A stretch of 64,000 bases of DNA from Candidatus Bathyarchaeota archaeon (GCA_963833125.1 CAWHWX010000012.1:97572-161571), one strand, 5' to 3'; counted from the first letter of the stretch, positions 50,654 to 62,158 are shown. Made by a program: numbers and translations. The notes: generated from the sequence alone by a model not told the origin.

Positions 50654-53461
50654 ATGCGCATAAGTTCATCAGCAAAAGTAGCGGCCGCTATCGTATTTTT
50701 CCTAGTTCTGATTGCACCGACCCTGTCATCGAACGTAAATGTGTACGCGGTACAATTGCCGCCTCATACGCCCTACTTGACGCCGTCGCTGCCACTTCCA
50801 GCTATTGGCTACGCCCCACCTCAATTCGGAGCCGCTTGGCCTCATCCAGTCACAGGGGTAATACACGTCCTCGTAATCGCGGCCGACTTCCCTGATATCA
50901 ACGCTACATTATCAATTGCTCAGGTTAAACAGAATTGGTTCGGAGCGGTCGCTTCGTACTACCACGAAATATCGTATGGTGCATTGACAGTTCAAGGAGA
51001 CATCTATGGGTGGTACAAGCTTCCGTATCCTGAATCACATTACGGATTGAGCTGCAACGGGATCAACTCCGCTGATTGCAGCGGACAGGACATGTCGTTC
51101 CAATTTGCTCAAGATGCGTCAGCATTAGCGCAGAAGGATGTTGACTTCAGTAAGTATGATTATTTCATCTTCATTCATTCCGGCTACGGCCAAGAATCCA
51201 GCGGGGTGGGGAACGACATTTGGTCGGTGACGTACATGGGTGGAGTTTATGTGCTGACCAAAGCGAAAACAATTGACTTGTTTAGTATCGTTCCAGAACT
51301 GGAAGCCCACGGAGCCATCCCCGGGGGGGTCTACTGCCTCGAATTCGGTCACGACCTGGGTCTACCGGACTTGTATAACACCAACACGGGGCAATCAATT
51401 CTCGGTCCATGGGAACTGATGGATAAAGGAGCTTGGAACGGCAGCCCGCAGGGATCAAGCCCTGCCCACATGACAGCGTGGGACAAAATCCAACTCGGGT
51501 ACATCAGCGGCTCCATAATAGCCACCGCCCAAGACCGAACAACCACCACTTATACGGTCGACCCGACAGAAATCGCGTCCAATAATATTCACGTGATCAA
51601 GATACCGCTCGCCCAAACAAGCCAATACTACTTGGTTGAAGTGAGAGCGCTGATAGGCTCCGACTCCGCCCTGCCCGCCGCCGGAGTCCTAATCACCCTT
51701 GTAAATGAGAATCTTGTCGTCGGCAAAGTGCACGTGATAGATGGCCATCCCAGCGTTTCAGAATTGAACGATGCTGTATGGACGGTGGGGCAAACATTCA
51801 CCGACAGCGCGAACAATGTAGCTGTCACGGTGACAAGCGAGAACGGAAACTCATACCAAGTCACTGTGAATAGAGGTGGAGCTCAACCCCCTCCTCAGCC
51901 CCAGAACCAAAACCAGACCACTCCGTTCATTCAACTCACCATAACTGGCATCAATACCCAACCCGCAGTCATAATCAACCCGAACACGACGGTAACGATT
52001 ACCATCCAAATCTCGAACAGCGGAACCATCGCGGCAACCAACGTCCCAATCCAAGTAACACTCGACGGACAGAACTTCACGAACCTACAAGTATCGAACG
52101 TGCCCCCAGGTTCCTCGACGCAGACCAGCTTCACTTGGAATTCCACAATTGGAAGTCACGTCTTCCAAGTAACACTGGATCCAGATCACACAATAAATGA
52201 ACCCAGTAGGGCGAATAACGTCGAGTCGTTCAACGTGAACGTTGGGCCTACGCTAGGGCCGACTCTCTCTATCAACGTCCCAGCAAACATCACGTCCTCG
52301 AACACCATCTGGGTATTGATCAACGGCGCGAGATACAACATAACCTCGGGCCAATTCCAAACCAGCGTTCCTAACGGAATAGTAACCGTGGAGATTCAGC
52401 CGGCAGTGAACACTTCCCAAGGAGTTAGGCAAAGTTTCACTGGGTGGTCCGACGGGAACACTAGCAACCCAAGACAAATCACTGTAACCTCAGCCACGGT
52501 GCTCCAGGCACTTTACACGACGCAATATCTGCTCTCCATCAACCCGAACGGTGGAACCGCAACGCCCAGTGGGTGGTATCAACCTAACGCGACCGTCACC
52601 GTATCGGCAGCCAACCCATCAAACGTAACGGCGAACGCCTCCAGATTCATGTTCTCTTCGTGGAGTGGGGATCTCGTTTCGAACTCAACTACCTTGACCG
52701 TTACGATGAGTAAACCAGTTACGTTGCAAGCGAACTGGATCAAGCAATACTACGTAACCATAATCTCACCAACCGGCTCCCCGAGCGGCGACGGCTGGTA
52801 CAACGCCGGATCCGTCGTCACGGTTGGGGTCCAATCCACAGTCCAGTACTCGAACGGAACTCGTATGGTGTTCAACGGTTGGAGCTCTCCAACCCTAGGC
52901 AGTAATCCGACCGCTCAAGTTACGGTCAACTCACCCGTTAGTTTGATCGCTGCGTGGAAGACGCAGTACCTAGTCACAGTCCAATCAGAGTACGGCTCCG
53001 CGACTGGGGCAGGGTGGCATGATTCGGGGTCTTCGGTGCAACTTACAATTCAACCTGAAGTTGATTACAGTAACGAAACGCGTCGAATATTCACGGGTTG
53101 GTCGGGTGATGTCTCCGGTAATGCCACTGATCTCGCATTGACCATTAGCAAACCGATAAACGCTGTAGCGCAGTGGACAACCCAGTACCAAATCACCTTC
53201 GAAGTCACCGGTGTTCCGAACTCCACATCTGTTACGCTAACCCTGAACAATCAAAATTATCAGATTGCCCCGAATCAACCATATTCGGCCTGGTACAATC
53301 AGGGTCAGGTACTGAATCCAACAATCACCACGACCGTTTTGACGTTCTTGCAATTCGCAAATTGGCGCGACTCAGCCGGTTCGAAGGTACTGATGCCGAT
53401 CACGGTGACGGCTCCGTCGGAATATACGGCGGTCTACGCGTTGGGCTTCCCGACCGAGTAA
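50654..53461 (+). CDS. Secreted M6 (InhA-like) metalloprotease with CARDB and GW-type repeats; first Zn-His replaced
   Basis: SYYHEISYG, IHSGYGQE, CLEFGHDLGLPDLY, WELMDKGAW and YYLVEVR; CARDB-like DPDHTINE...NN. Confidence 0.85.
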   Translation: MRISSSAKVAAAIVFFLVLIAPTLSSNVNVYAVQLPPHTPYLTPSLPLPAIGYAPPQFGAAWPHPVTGVIHVLVIAADFPDINATLSIAQVKQNWFGAVASYYHEISYGALTVQGDIYGWYKLPYPESHYGLSCNGINSADCSGQDMSFQFAQDASALAQKDVDFSKYDYFIFIHSGYGQESSGVGNDIWSVTYMGGVYVLTKAKTIDLFSIVPELEAHGAIPGGVYCLEFGHDLGLPDLYNTNTGQSILGPWELMDKGAWNGSPQGSSPAHMTAWDKIQLGYISGSIIATAQDRTTTTYTVDPTEIASNNIHVIKIPLAQTSQYYLVEVRALIGSDSALPAAGVLITLVNENLVVGKVHVIDGHPSVSELNDAVWTVGQTFTDSANNVAVTVTSENGNSYQVTVNRGGAQPPPQPQNQNQTTPFIQLTITGINTQPAVIINPNTTVTITIQISNSGTIAATNVPIQVTLDGQNFTNLQVSNVPPGSSTQTSFTWNSTIGSHVFQVTLDPDHTINEPSRANNVESFNVNVGPTLGPTLSINVPANITSSNTIWVLINGARYNITSGQFQTSVPNGIVTVEIQPAVNTSQGVRQSFTGWSDGNTSNPRQITVTSATVLQALYTTQYLLSINPNGGTATPSGWYQPNATVTVSAANPSNVTANASRFMFSSWSGDLVSNSTTLTVTMSKPVTLQANWIKQYYVTIISPTGSPSGDGWYNAGSVVTVGVQSTVQYSNGTRMVFNGWSSPTLGSNPTAQVTVNSPVSLIAAWKTQYLVTVQSEYGSATGAGWHDSGSSVQLTIQPEVDYSNETRRIFTGWSGDVSGNATDLALTISKPINAVAQWTTQYQITFEVTGVPNSTSVTLTLNNQNYQIAPNQPYSAWYNQGQVLNPTITTTVLTFLQFANWRDSAGSKVLMPITVTAPSEYTAVYALGFPTE

Positions 53462-53468
53462 TCGTACT

Positions 53469-54230
53469 TTAGCCGTTCAATTGGTTGAAGATTTGTTCAG
53501 GGTTTTGCATAGATGCCTTCCGCAGGCCTTGGGCTTGTCCGATCACTATTTCCTGTTTGTCCTCCTTTAGTCCTTCAATTATCGCCGCTGCAACCTCCTG
53601 CGGACTGATTCCGCGATAGGCTTGTTCATTTTCGCCGGCAAAGCTTGCATCAAGTTCCGTGTCTGTCGTTGGCGGAATCGCTTCGAATACCATTACTGAT
53701 GTGTCCTTGAGTTGGTGGCGTAGGGAGGTTGTGAAGGAATGGATTGCTGCCTTAGTCGCGCAATAGATCGGCATATCCGCGATTGGAACGAAAGCGAGGC
53801 CTGACGAGATGTTTACGATAGCCGCCCTTTGCTTCACCATGAATCTTGGCGTGAAGAGTGCACAGAGGCGTATGGTCGCTTCAAGGTTTATTGCAAGTTC
53901 ATCGTCTGCAGGCCGGGTTCTTTTAATGATCTTGGGCGAAGTGAAATCGACTTGCCTTTGAATACCCGCGTTATTGACAAGCATGTCAAGTCCTGGAAAA
54001 CTTGCCGTAATCCATCGCAGTAGCGTTCTCCTCTCCGACTCTATGGACACGTCACACTTTCTGACGTGAACTCCAGGAATCTTGGTCTTTGCCTGTTGCA
54101 ACTTGCTCCTGCGACGTCCACATAGAATGACGACGCTTCCCTCTTGCACAAATGCTTCAGCTAAAGCAAAACCGATACCTGTTGCACCGCCAGTGATCAG
54201 AATCGTATTGTCAGTGATCTTCAAAATCAT
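53469..54230 (-). CDS. Short-chain dehydrogenase (DltE-like)
   Basis: ITGGATGIG, NNAGIQ, SSGLAF and YCATKAA. Confidence 0.92.
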   Translation of the reverse strand: MILKITDNTILITGGATGIGFALAEAFVQEGSVVILCGRRRSKLQQAKTKIPGVHVRKCDVSIESERRTLLRWITASFPGLDMLVNNAGIQRQVDFTSPKIIKRTRPADDELAINLEATIRLCALFTPRFMVKQRAAIVNISSGLAFVPIADMPIYCATKAAIHSFTTSLRHQLKDTSVMVFEAIPPTTDTELDASFAGENEQAYRGISPQEVAAAIIEGLKEDKQEIVIGQAQGLRKASMQNPEQIFNQLNG

Positions 54231-54342
54231 TCAATCCTAGCGTGGGATTCCATCTCACATTAGAAATATTACGTTAGTCTTCAGCCTCTCTCGGAGAAGC
54301 GTTGGCTGTAGCTTTGCAGGTTGATGGGAACTGAGCTGTTAT

Positions 54343-54527
54343 GGTAACGTCAACTTGTTGGTTGCTGCTGCAAATCGCTTCGTATGGGGGGATCGGGGCG
54401 TAGAATGAGGCGAGGGTTGCCCTCGTCTGGCACTGTTTGGCACCACCCTTCGAGGGGTGGATCCACCCTGTTAATTCCGAACAGAAAACAAGAGGAATCC
54501 CTTAACAACCGTTAACTTGACGTTACC
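54343..54527. mobile_element. MITE copy 2 (185 bp, inverted relative to copy 1)
   Basis: GGTAACGTCAACTTGTTGGTTG...CAACCGTTAACTTGACGTTACC; 8-bp TSD GCTGTTAT at 54335-54342 and 54528-54535. Confidence 0.92.
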
Positions 54528-54635
54528 GCTGTTATTCTCAGTGATATAGAGGCTCAGTATGTGGGCGGGCCAGGCCGAGCGGTCCAACCGGCGTTGTCTA
54601 TGGGTTCTTCGGCGGACGATGAGGTGCTATGGAAG

Positions 54636-55103
54636 CTAATGGTATGGGGATACGTAGGAGTATGCTATGACGTAGATGTCGCCGTGGAATTGCATTTGAG
54701 GGGTCCATTGGTTTGATTTGTAAGTTGAGGGAGTGACGAACGCTCCGGTTACCGAAATGCTGGCATGGTTCACTGGAATTTTGGTTGAGTTTGAAAAGAT
54801 AAGCCGATAGTTCCATCCGTTAACTGTAATGTAGTACAGTGGGCTGTCGGCTATTGCACACGGAGGGCTCGACAACTTGCAGGCGGGAGACACTACCGAC
54901 GTCGTTACGGATCCGATTAGTGTCACGTTTTGGTGTAAGGGATTAGGGTAGTTGGGTCCTGAGGTTTCGAGGCTTGGCCCAAAGGCTGGGTTTGAGAGTT
55001 GTTGGTTCGCAACGGAGTTAGTTGAGTAGATTGCAGCTGCAAATGCGGCTGCGATGAACGCAATCACCATAACTGCAGCTAGAATGTACCTGGCTTGTTT
55101 CAC
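54636..55103 (-). CDS. Secreted/membrane-anchored hypothetical protein
   Basis: N-terminal TM; CKLSSPPC pair. Confidence 0.6.
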   Translation of the reverse strand: MKQARYILAAVMVIAFIAAAFAAAIYSTNSVANQQLSNPAFGPSLETSGPNYPNPLHQNVTLIGSVTTSVVSPACKLSSPPCAIADSPLYYITVNGWNYRLIFSNSTKIPVNHASISVTGAFVTPSTYKSNQWTPQMQFHGDIYVIAYSYVSPYH

Positions 55104-55375
55104 CGTTTTTCCCTCACTCGATGTTAGGAGGGTGTTGGTTCGGTTGGCTAAAGGAACTCTAAACTCAGCACGTCAAATCTTTTCGAGAGCTTAACTTGGA
55201 ATTGACAACAACCAAGCAGCTTATCTGGGCTGAAAATCGGGTCAAGGAAGGCCAAAACGAAGACCTGATGGGGTCAGGTTGATATTTGGTTCTCTTAGGG
55301 GCGAATTCCGAAACCAGTCAGAATGCGCTCTTCAGTTGAGTTAGTTCAGTAAGTGTCATTTTCACGAGTCTGAGT

Positions 55376-57453
55376 TTAGGGTTTGAATCGATTCAATAGA
55401 AGAGAATTACTTACGACTGTAACCGAGCTGAAAGCCATAGCGGCCCCTGCAAAGATGGGCATGACGTCATAAAAGCCTCGACCGAAGAAGGGCACGAGCG
55501 CGCCGGCTGCGATTGGTATGAGCGCGATGTTGTAGCAGAATGCCCAGAATAGGTTCTCTTTGATCTTCCTAACCGTCGCCTTGCTGAGTTTGATCGCTGT
55601 CACAACGTCGATCAACTTGTTCCTGATTAAGACAATGCCCCCTGTCTCCATAGCTACGTCCGTCCCGCTTCCGATCGCAATTCCAATGTCAGAAGCTGCA
55701 AGTGCCGGGGCGTCGTTAATTCCATCACCAACCATCCCAACAACCTTACCCTCTTTCTGCAGTTCCCGGATCACTTGTTCCTTTTGTTGAGGAAGAACAT
55801 CTGCGACGACTCTGTCAATTCCCAACTTGTTGGCAACTGCTTTTGCAGTTTGTGCATTGTCCCCTGTGAGCATTACGACTTGGATTTTCATTTTCTGCAA
55901 CTGACTTATTGTTTCAGCTGCATCATCCTTGGGCGTGTCGGCTAGACCGATTACTCCAAACGGTTCTTTATCGTTAGACAAGACCATTACGGTTTTTCCT
56001 TCTTCCTCCAGCTTGGAGATGGAGGTCTCAATCTCGTCAAGTCTCACATTGTATTGTGACATTAGCTTCCGGTTTCCCACGAGAAACTTATCGCCGCTAT
56101 TTTCAACGAGAATCCCTTCGCCCGGAACTGCTTTGAACGAAGAAAAGTGTGTTGTCTCGATGTGTTCATTCCTTGCAGCGTTGACTATCGCTTGCGCAAG
56201 AGGATGCTCCGACCCTTCCTCTGCTGATGCTGCAAGTCTAATGATCTCTTGTCTCGTGTGATTTCCGAGAGCTATTACATCTGTCACGGAGGGTTTGCCG
56301 CGAGTCAGCGTACCGGTCTTGTCGAAAACGATAGCTGTCATCTTGTGCGCTGTCTCGAGGTATTCGCCACCCTTGATGAGGATACCATTCTGAGCCCCTT
56401 TCGCCGTTCCAGACATTATTGCAGCCGGAGTTGCGATTCCAAGAGCACAGGGGCATGCGATAACAATCACTGAGACGAAAGCAAGCATGGCATAGTTCAA
56501 GTAAACCCGCCAAGGAAGTACCACCCAAGGCCGGCCCCAACAGCGATTAGAATAACCACCGGAACAAAGTAAGCGGAGACTCTATCCGCGAGACGTTGGA
56601 TGGGGGCCCGTGCCATCTGCGCCTCTTCAACCAATTGAACAATCTTTGAAAGTACAGTGTCTGCCCCGACCTTCGAGGCACGAACTTTCAAGAAGCCCGA
56701 CGTGTTGATTGTGGCCCCGATGACCTGCTCACCAACTGCTTTCTCGACTGGAATACTTTCTCCCGTAATCGCAGACTGGTCCACCGCCGAGTTACCTTCA
56801 ATCACCACGCCATCAACGGGAATTCTTTCGCCAGGGCGGACAAGTAGGATGTCATCGACCTTTACTGACTCAACTGGAACCTCAATCTCATTTCCGTCAC
56901 GTAGAACGTGTGCCATGGTCGGTTGTAGGTCGAGGAGTCGTCGAACGGCCTCCGATGCTTTCCGTTTCGTGCGATATTCCAACAGATTCCCAAGCAGGAT
57001 TAGTGTTATGATGATTGCAGCCGTATCGAAGTACACACCAGTGGTACCGAAGAATGAAGGCAGGAATGTGACGACAGTGCTGTACGCCCAAGCAGCGCTC
57101 GTGCCTATGGCGATCAACAGGTCCATGTTGCCCATCCGGTTTCTCAGGGCGTCGTAAGCACCCCTGTAAAACCGCCAACCTACAACAAACTGGACAGGCG
57201 TCGCAAGAAGAAAGAGCAGGTAGTTATTTGCAATGCCCTGAAGTATTGGCAACCAAGTGAACAAGAGTGTGGGCACGGCAAGAGATACCGGCAACGTTGC
57301 TAACAGTTTAAGTCGCTTTAGCTCGACCTCGGGCTTCTCAAAAGTCAAGGCGCATGTTTCACTGCAGAAATACCATTTGGTTCCTCGGATTGTCCGAGTT
57401 ATGGTTGCGGTCTCTTCGTCTACGAACATGCCGCAAACAGGGTCTTTAGCCAT
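55376..57453 (-). CDS. copA: Cu(I) P1B-type ATPase with N-terminal YHS/TRASH domain (frameshift ~56510)
   Basis: DPVCGM...YFCS..C, TGES, CPCALG, DKTGT, SEHP and GDGINDAP. Confidence 0.94.
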
Positions 57454-57595
57454 TCGAATTTTCCCTTATCCAACACTTGGTCTATTCAACCGGTATATTG
57501 ACCGGGATTCTCTCCAGATGCTTGGGCTGATCCCAAGTTAAAGTTGTAGGAAAATTCTTAGGGAGAACAGCCTCAATAATCAAGAAGTGAGTTTA

Positions 57596-57739
57596 ATGGC
57601 GGTAGATCCAGTCTGCAAAATGAATGTTGCCGAGAAAGACGCTAGATACACGAGTGTATACGAGGGTAGGAACTTCTATTTCTGTTCGGCCACGTGTAAG
57701 CAACAGTTCGAGAAGAACCCACAGAAATACCCCAAGTAG
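57596..57739 (+). CDS. YHS/TRASH metallochaperone (47 aa, absent from the ORF track)
   Basis: MAVDPVCKMNV...YEGRNFYFCSATCKQQFEKNPQKY; divergent from copA. Confidence 0.88.
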   Translation: MAVDPVCKMNVAEKDARYTSVYEGRNFYFCSATCKQQFEKNPQKYPK

Positions 57740-57774
57740 GGTTTGGCTGCTCCTCTCGAGGCCGTGGGCCCAAA

Positions 57775-58521
57775 ATGGAAGGACAAAACAATCAGTTGCA
57801 TCCACGAAGCGCTAAAGTTCCTATCCTGTCTGAACTTCTAGGTGAAGTTCCATTCGGTAGAGCCATTTTAGTTCTCTACGACCCCGACTCACAGTCGACG
57901 GCCTTATTCGTCAATGTTTCCGCAGAATACCTGAGGGCAGGAGGAGATGTTAATTATTTTGCGAGTAGCGAACCCATTTCCGAGCTTAGGCAGCGCTTTG
58001 AGCGATTAGGGCTGAAGATCAGAGAATACGAGGCGAAGGATTCGGTGGTCCTATTCGACGCGTACTCCGCGCAGGCGGGTGCAAAGACCGATGAGAGATA
58101 CCAGGCCGAAAGCGCAAACCTAAACGAATTATCCATAGCCATGGGACAATCTGCGCCACAATGGCCAGCCGGAAGCCTGATCGTGTGGGAATCTCTTTCC
58201 CAACTCGCCTTCAACCAAGAGAATGTATTCGCCAAATTTTCCAGAAAGGCAATCGGCATTTGGAGGAGTCAAGGAACCATCATGCTCGCCGGATTTGCCA
58301 CCGACCTTCACCCCCAGAACTTCTACCAAGAGCTGAAAACGATCTCGGATGCAGTCGTGGAGATCAAGCTCGTCGAATACGAAGGCGAAATCATCAACAC
58401 GATTAGAGTTCGATCCTTCAAAGGACACAATGCGGATACTAAGACACGACGAATTGTTTTCGACGACAAAATGAAAATCACACTCAGAACTGCTGAGACG
58501 TTAGAACTCGCAGATAGCTAA
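57775..58521 (+). CDS. KaiC/RAD55-like ATPase-fold protein with degenerate Walker A
   Basis: VPILSELLGEVPFGRAILVLYDPDSQST, FDAYS, ISDAVVEIK and IRVRSFKG. Confidence 0.75.
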   Translation: MEGQNNQLHPRSAKVPILSELLGEVPFGRAILVLYDPDSQSTALFVNVSAEYLRAGGDVNYFASSEPISELRQRFERLGLKIREYEAKDSVVLFDAYSAQAGAKTDERYQAESANLNELSIAMGQSAPQWPAGSLIVWESLSQLAFNQENVFAKFSRKAIGIWRSQGTIMLAGFATDLHPQNFYQELKTISDAVVEIKLVEYEGEIINTIRVRSFKGHNADTKTRRIVFDDKMKITLRTAETLELADS

Positions 58522-58559
58522 TTAACGACTTCTTGAAACACTTCTTAGATGTCTGTAGC

Positions 58560-58576
58560 ACTCACATCATGTGAGT
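58560..58576. promoter_or_regulatory. Perfect inverted repeat, candidate operator
   Basis: ACTCACAT-C-ATGTGAGT upstream of the wHTH-like gene. Confidence 0.4.
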
Positions 58577-58651
58577 CACAAGATGCGATCCTAGTAACGT
58601 GCCCTGCCTTTAATTGGAAAAATAACTAATCACCGCGTTGGTGATGATGAA

Positions 58652-59155
58652 ATGTTCCGTGATAGGTTGGTTCACTGGGCGGGAATGCTCAACTTCCTTG
58701 AAGCCACGATGGGCACTACGCTTGCGTCAAGCAAAGGCAATGAAAGTGAACATGAATGTTCGCTTCGGCAGAAGCTGGGAATCGACTACCCAAGAGAGGA
58801 AATTCGAAAGGAGCTTGGCAGTACGGCAGGCCAACAACAACCTTCAGTCGAGGCTGCCTATTGCAAGGTGATGTTGATGGCCCAGAAGTTAGAAGTTCCA
58901 ACCCGTTTCGAACGACTAAACCCGCTTGATCAGCAGATACTACGACTGCTCAAGGCTGGAGAGTTACAGTTAGAAGAAGTTGTGGCCCTTACCGATGCTG
59001 ACCAGAGCGAGGTTCTCTCCGCAGTAACCAGACTCATTGCAGACGGTTGCCTCGAACTCATGATTGTAGAGTATCCGTGGGGAATGGAGTTCGAGCTTGA
59101 GCTTAACGGCTCAGCGAGAAGGCGGCTCGACCTGGGAGCCCAACCGGTGACCTGA
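58652..59155 (+). CDS. Hypothetical protein with C-terminal wHTH-like region
   Basis: LNPLDQQILRLLKAGELQLEEVV...VLSAVTRLIADG. Confidence 0.5.
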   Translation: MFRDRLVHWAGMLNFLEATMGTTLASSKGNESEHECSLRQKLGIDYPREEIRKELGSTAGQQQPSVEAAYCKVMLMAQKLEVPTRFERLNPLDQQILRLLKAGELQLEEVVALTDADQSEVLSAVTRLIADGCLELMIVEYPWGMEFELELNGSARRRLDLGAQPVT

Positions 59156-59174
59156 GCGTTGGGTTTTCGCCTAG

Positions 59175-60528
59175 TTACTTCTTCGCAGTAGTTATTCCCA
59201 CACCTTCGGCGAGAACGTAGGGTAGTAGAGTCGGCGTTTCCACCTCCCACCATCTAATCCAATGCTGCTCCTTTGAGAGTGCTTTGACGGATTGGATGAT
59301 GCGGAGCATGTTATCGCTCAACCGCAGTCCGTTCACGGCATGAGTAAGTTTCCCGTTCTTGATTTCGAAGACGCCGTCCCTTGTTATCGTTGAAAAGTCT
59401 CCCGTCTGGTAGTTTTGGAACCGTGTGTACCAATTGTTGGTGATGTAAAGCCCGTCATGGGCTTTGTCAAATAGGTCTTCGAGCGGAACTTTCCCCGGCC
59501 TTGAGGATGATGTTGCGGGTCGTGGGTACCATGCCCCCGATGCCTGCCTCAAATCTGGCACTCCCTGTCAGAGATGCTTTGTATTTTGTTGCGGTGTAGG
59601 ATGTGTGAAGATAGGTTTCTAGAACGCCCTTTTCAATCAGTGGATTGTCTTGGGTGGGGTATCCCTCATCGTCTATGGTTGAAGAGCCTGGTCCGTAGGG
59701 AAGGCGACCATTGTCGTGGAGGGTGAAAACTTCGGAGGCAACCTTGCGTTTCAGCATATCCCCGAGGAATGAGAAGCCCAGTTCTATCGAGTAAGCTGAC
59801 GCCGAATCGCTTACGCGGTTAAGTAAGTTCGCGAATATTGAGGGAGCAAAGACGACGTTGTATTTCCCGGCTTGGCCGGTTTCCGGGTTAAGTGCCATTT
59901 TCGCTATCCGTCCCGCGCTTCTGCCGGCCTCCTCCGGATTGAACTGCTGAAGGTTCGTAGCGACCGTTATGCCTTGACCGCTCGCATCGTCGGCACAGAA
60001 CGCGCGGATCGTCATCTCGATCTCTGTGCTTTTATCCGAACCTTCGGCTCCAGTTGAGGTAGATACGTACCGTTCACGCGTGTTTGACGTAACTACCCCA
60101 GAAACCCGTAGGGCGCCTTCCTTCTTGGCGGCGTTCACTCCAGTCTCTACGGCGTCGATTAGTTCGGTTTCGCCTAGGGCAATCTTCTGGTCATAAGTTC
60201 CCTCAATGGGTTGATACTTGAACGGCCCCTGTGGGAGCGCGAAGTCAACGTCGCCCTCGGGGGTCACCTTCATGGTTTTCGCAAGTTCTTCAACGACGGC
60301 CTTCAAACTCTCGGGATTCTGTTCCTCGATCATGCATGCGGCTCTTCTCTTGTTGGATACGAGGTAGACCGTTGGGGTTTCGGTGAGCCAATTGTTTGTG
60401 ATCGTTATCGTATTGTTGCTGAAGCGAACCATGCGTTTGTGCATGCGAGTAAAGCCCGCTGCGGTTGACCGCACCCCTTGCTTTTGTGCGGTTGTGAGAA
60501 TCTGTTTCATTGCTTCGTGCGGATTCAT
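59175..60528 (-). CDS. pmbA: PmbA/TldE family protein (frameshift ~59485)
   Basis: VRFSNN, DDEGYPT, LIEKGVL, WYTRFQNY and NGLRLSDN. Confidence 0.88.
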
Positions 60529-60534
60529 GCCGAT

Positions 60535-61963
60535 TCAACCTCCGAGCCGAATCTTCCGCAGGCGAATTGGTGGTCCGCCGGTCCAGACTGGGGCGCCTTG
60601 CATTGGGTCGCCCTTACCGCACGTGGCTCCCGCATATTCCACATCCTTGCCCACTGCGTCGACGCTACCATAGAGGCCGGGGGTTGTGATCTCTAGGATC
60701 GGGTTTCTGATGGGTGTGGTGATTCGCCCATTCTCAATCATATACGCCTCTAACCCGACGTACCGTTGGTTGTAGCGTCGGTCGTCAATATTCCACTCCA
60801 TGAAGTTCTTCATGTAAACCCCATTCTCCACGCCCTCGATGAGTTCCTCGAGGCTGTAGTTGCCCGGATTCATGTACGTGTTGGCCATGCGGATTATGGG
60901 TTCACGGTCGTAGGAGGAGGATCGTGCCGCGCCGTTGCTCATCCCACCAAGTTCAGCTGCGGTCTCTCGGTTTTGCAGGAAAGCTGCAATCAAGCCCTCG
61001 CTTATCAGAACTCTCGGCCGTGCTTTAACACCTTCGTCATCGTAGCGGTAAAATCCATACGAGTTGGGCAACGTTGGATCGTCGATTATCGTAACATGCT
61101 CCGACCCGATCTTACGGCCTATCATGTCCGGTTTCAGGTAGGATTCACCAGCCTGTGCGGCCTCGCGACCAAGGATTCGGTCAGCTTCCTGTGGATGGCC
61201 GCATGATTCGTGGCATATGATTCCCGTTACTTCAGGCCCCAAAACCATGTCTACCTCGCCCTTTGGAGGAGCGACCCCTTCTCTGAGAAGTTTTCCAAGC
61301 ATCTTGGCATCGTTCGCCGCGATTTCTTCTGGTTTCCAATCCTTAACAACCTCCCAGCCGCGGCTTTGAGCTTCATGGTGTAGGCGTTGCACTACTCCCT
61401 TCCCAGGCTCTTGAGCGGTTAGGAAGAAAATTAGACTGAGGCGGGGGACGAAACCGTGAAGCTTCGATCCTTCACTGTTAACGTAGAACTTCTCCGTCAA
61501 GTCCTCATCGAAAACTAAAATTCTCGAAGGCAGCGAGACATGTACATTCTCGAGCGTCAGGCTTTTCTCGATTGTGAATAGGAGTTCATACTTTTCTTCG
61601 GGGGAGACGCCTCGAACATCTACCTTCATCCCGGCTTCCCAATTGTCTTCCCAGCTTTTCTCTTGGGAAAGGCGGATAGGGGAGGTTACTAGGCGTTTTG
61701 AGGCTTTGGCCGTTCTAACTGCTGACTCACTCATAGAGCGTAACTGGTCTCGGTCTTGGCTGTTTGTTGAAGCGAACCCGAGGGCCCCATCAACAATGAC
61801 CCTTATTCCTACACCAAGCTTTCTTGTGACGTTTACTGGTTCGGCTGAACCATTCTTCAAAGTGAACGTGTGGCCCAAGTCCTGTTGAACTCGAGCTTCC
61901 GCATAGCTTCGCTCCCAAGCGTAGGGCCTGGTTAACAGCTTCACGTGCGAGGTCTTCCTCCAA
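60535..61963 (-). CDS. tldD: TldD family metalloprotease (reconstructed TTG start, frameshift ~61910)
   Basis: MEEDLAREAVNQALRLGA-YAEAR, HESCGHPQEAD, DDEG, RMANTY and CGKG. Confidence 0.92.
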
Positions 61964-62158
61964 TTTCGAGGACCATACTCCGCAAGGTTTGGATGGAATA
62001 ATAAGGGTAACTGGAAATCAAAATGCCCTTGCCAATAGAGCTCGGTAGTGTTCACTCCGTTGTGGGACCTCCACGGGTGGATTTTCAGTTTCGGCATTTT
62101 CGAATTCAGGGGATATGAACATGATCCGCCGGGAACAGGCACATGTTCTGCTGAGCGG

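Noticed and set aside
61964-62142. Long N-terminal extension of tldD in the ORF track
   Set aside because: Artefact of a frameshift; the real N-terminus starts at TTG 61963.
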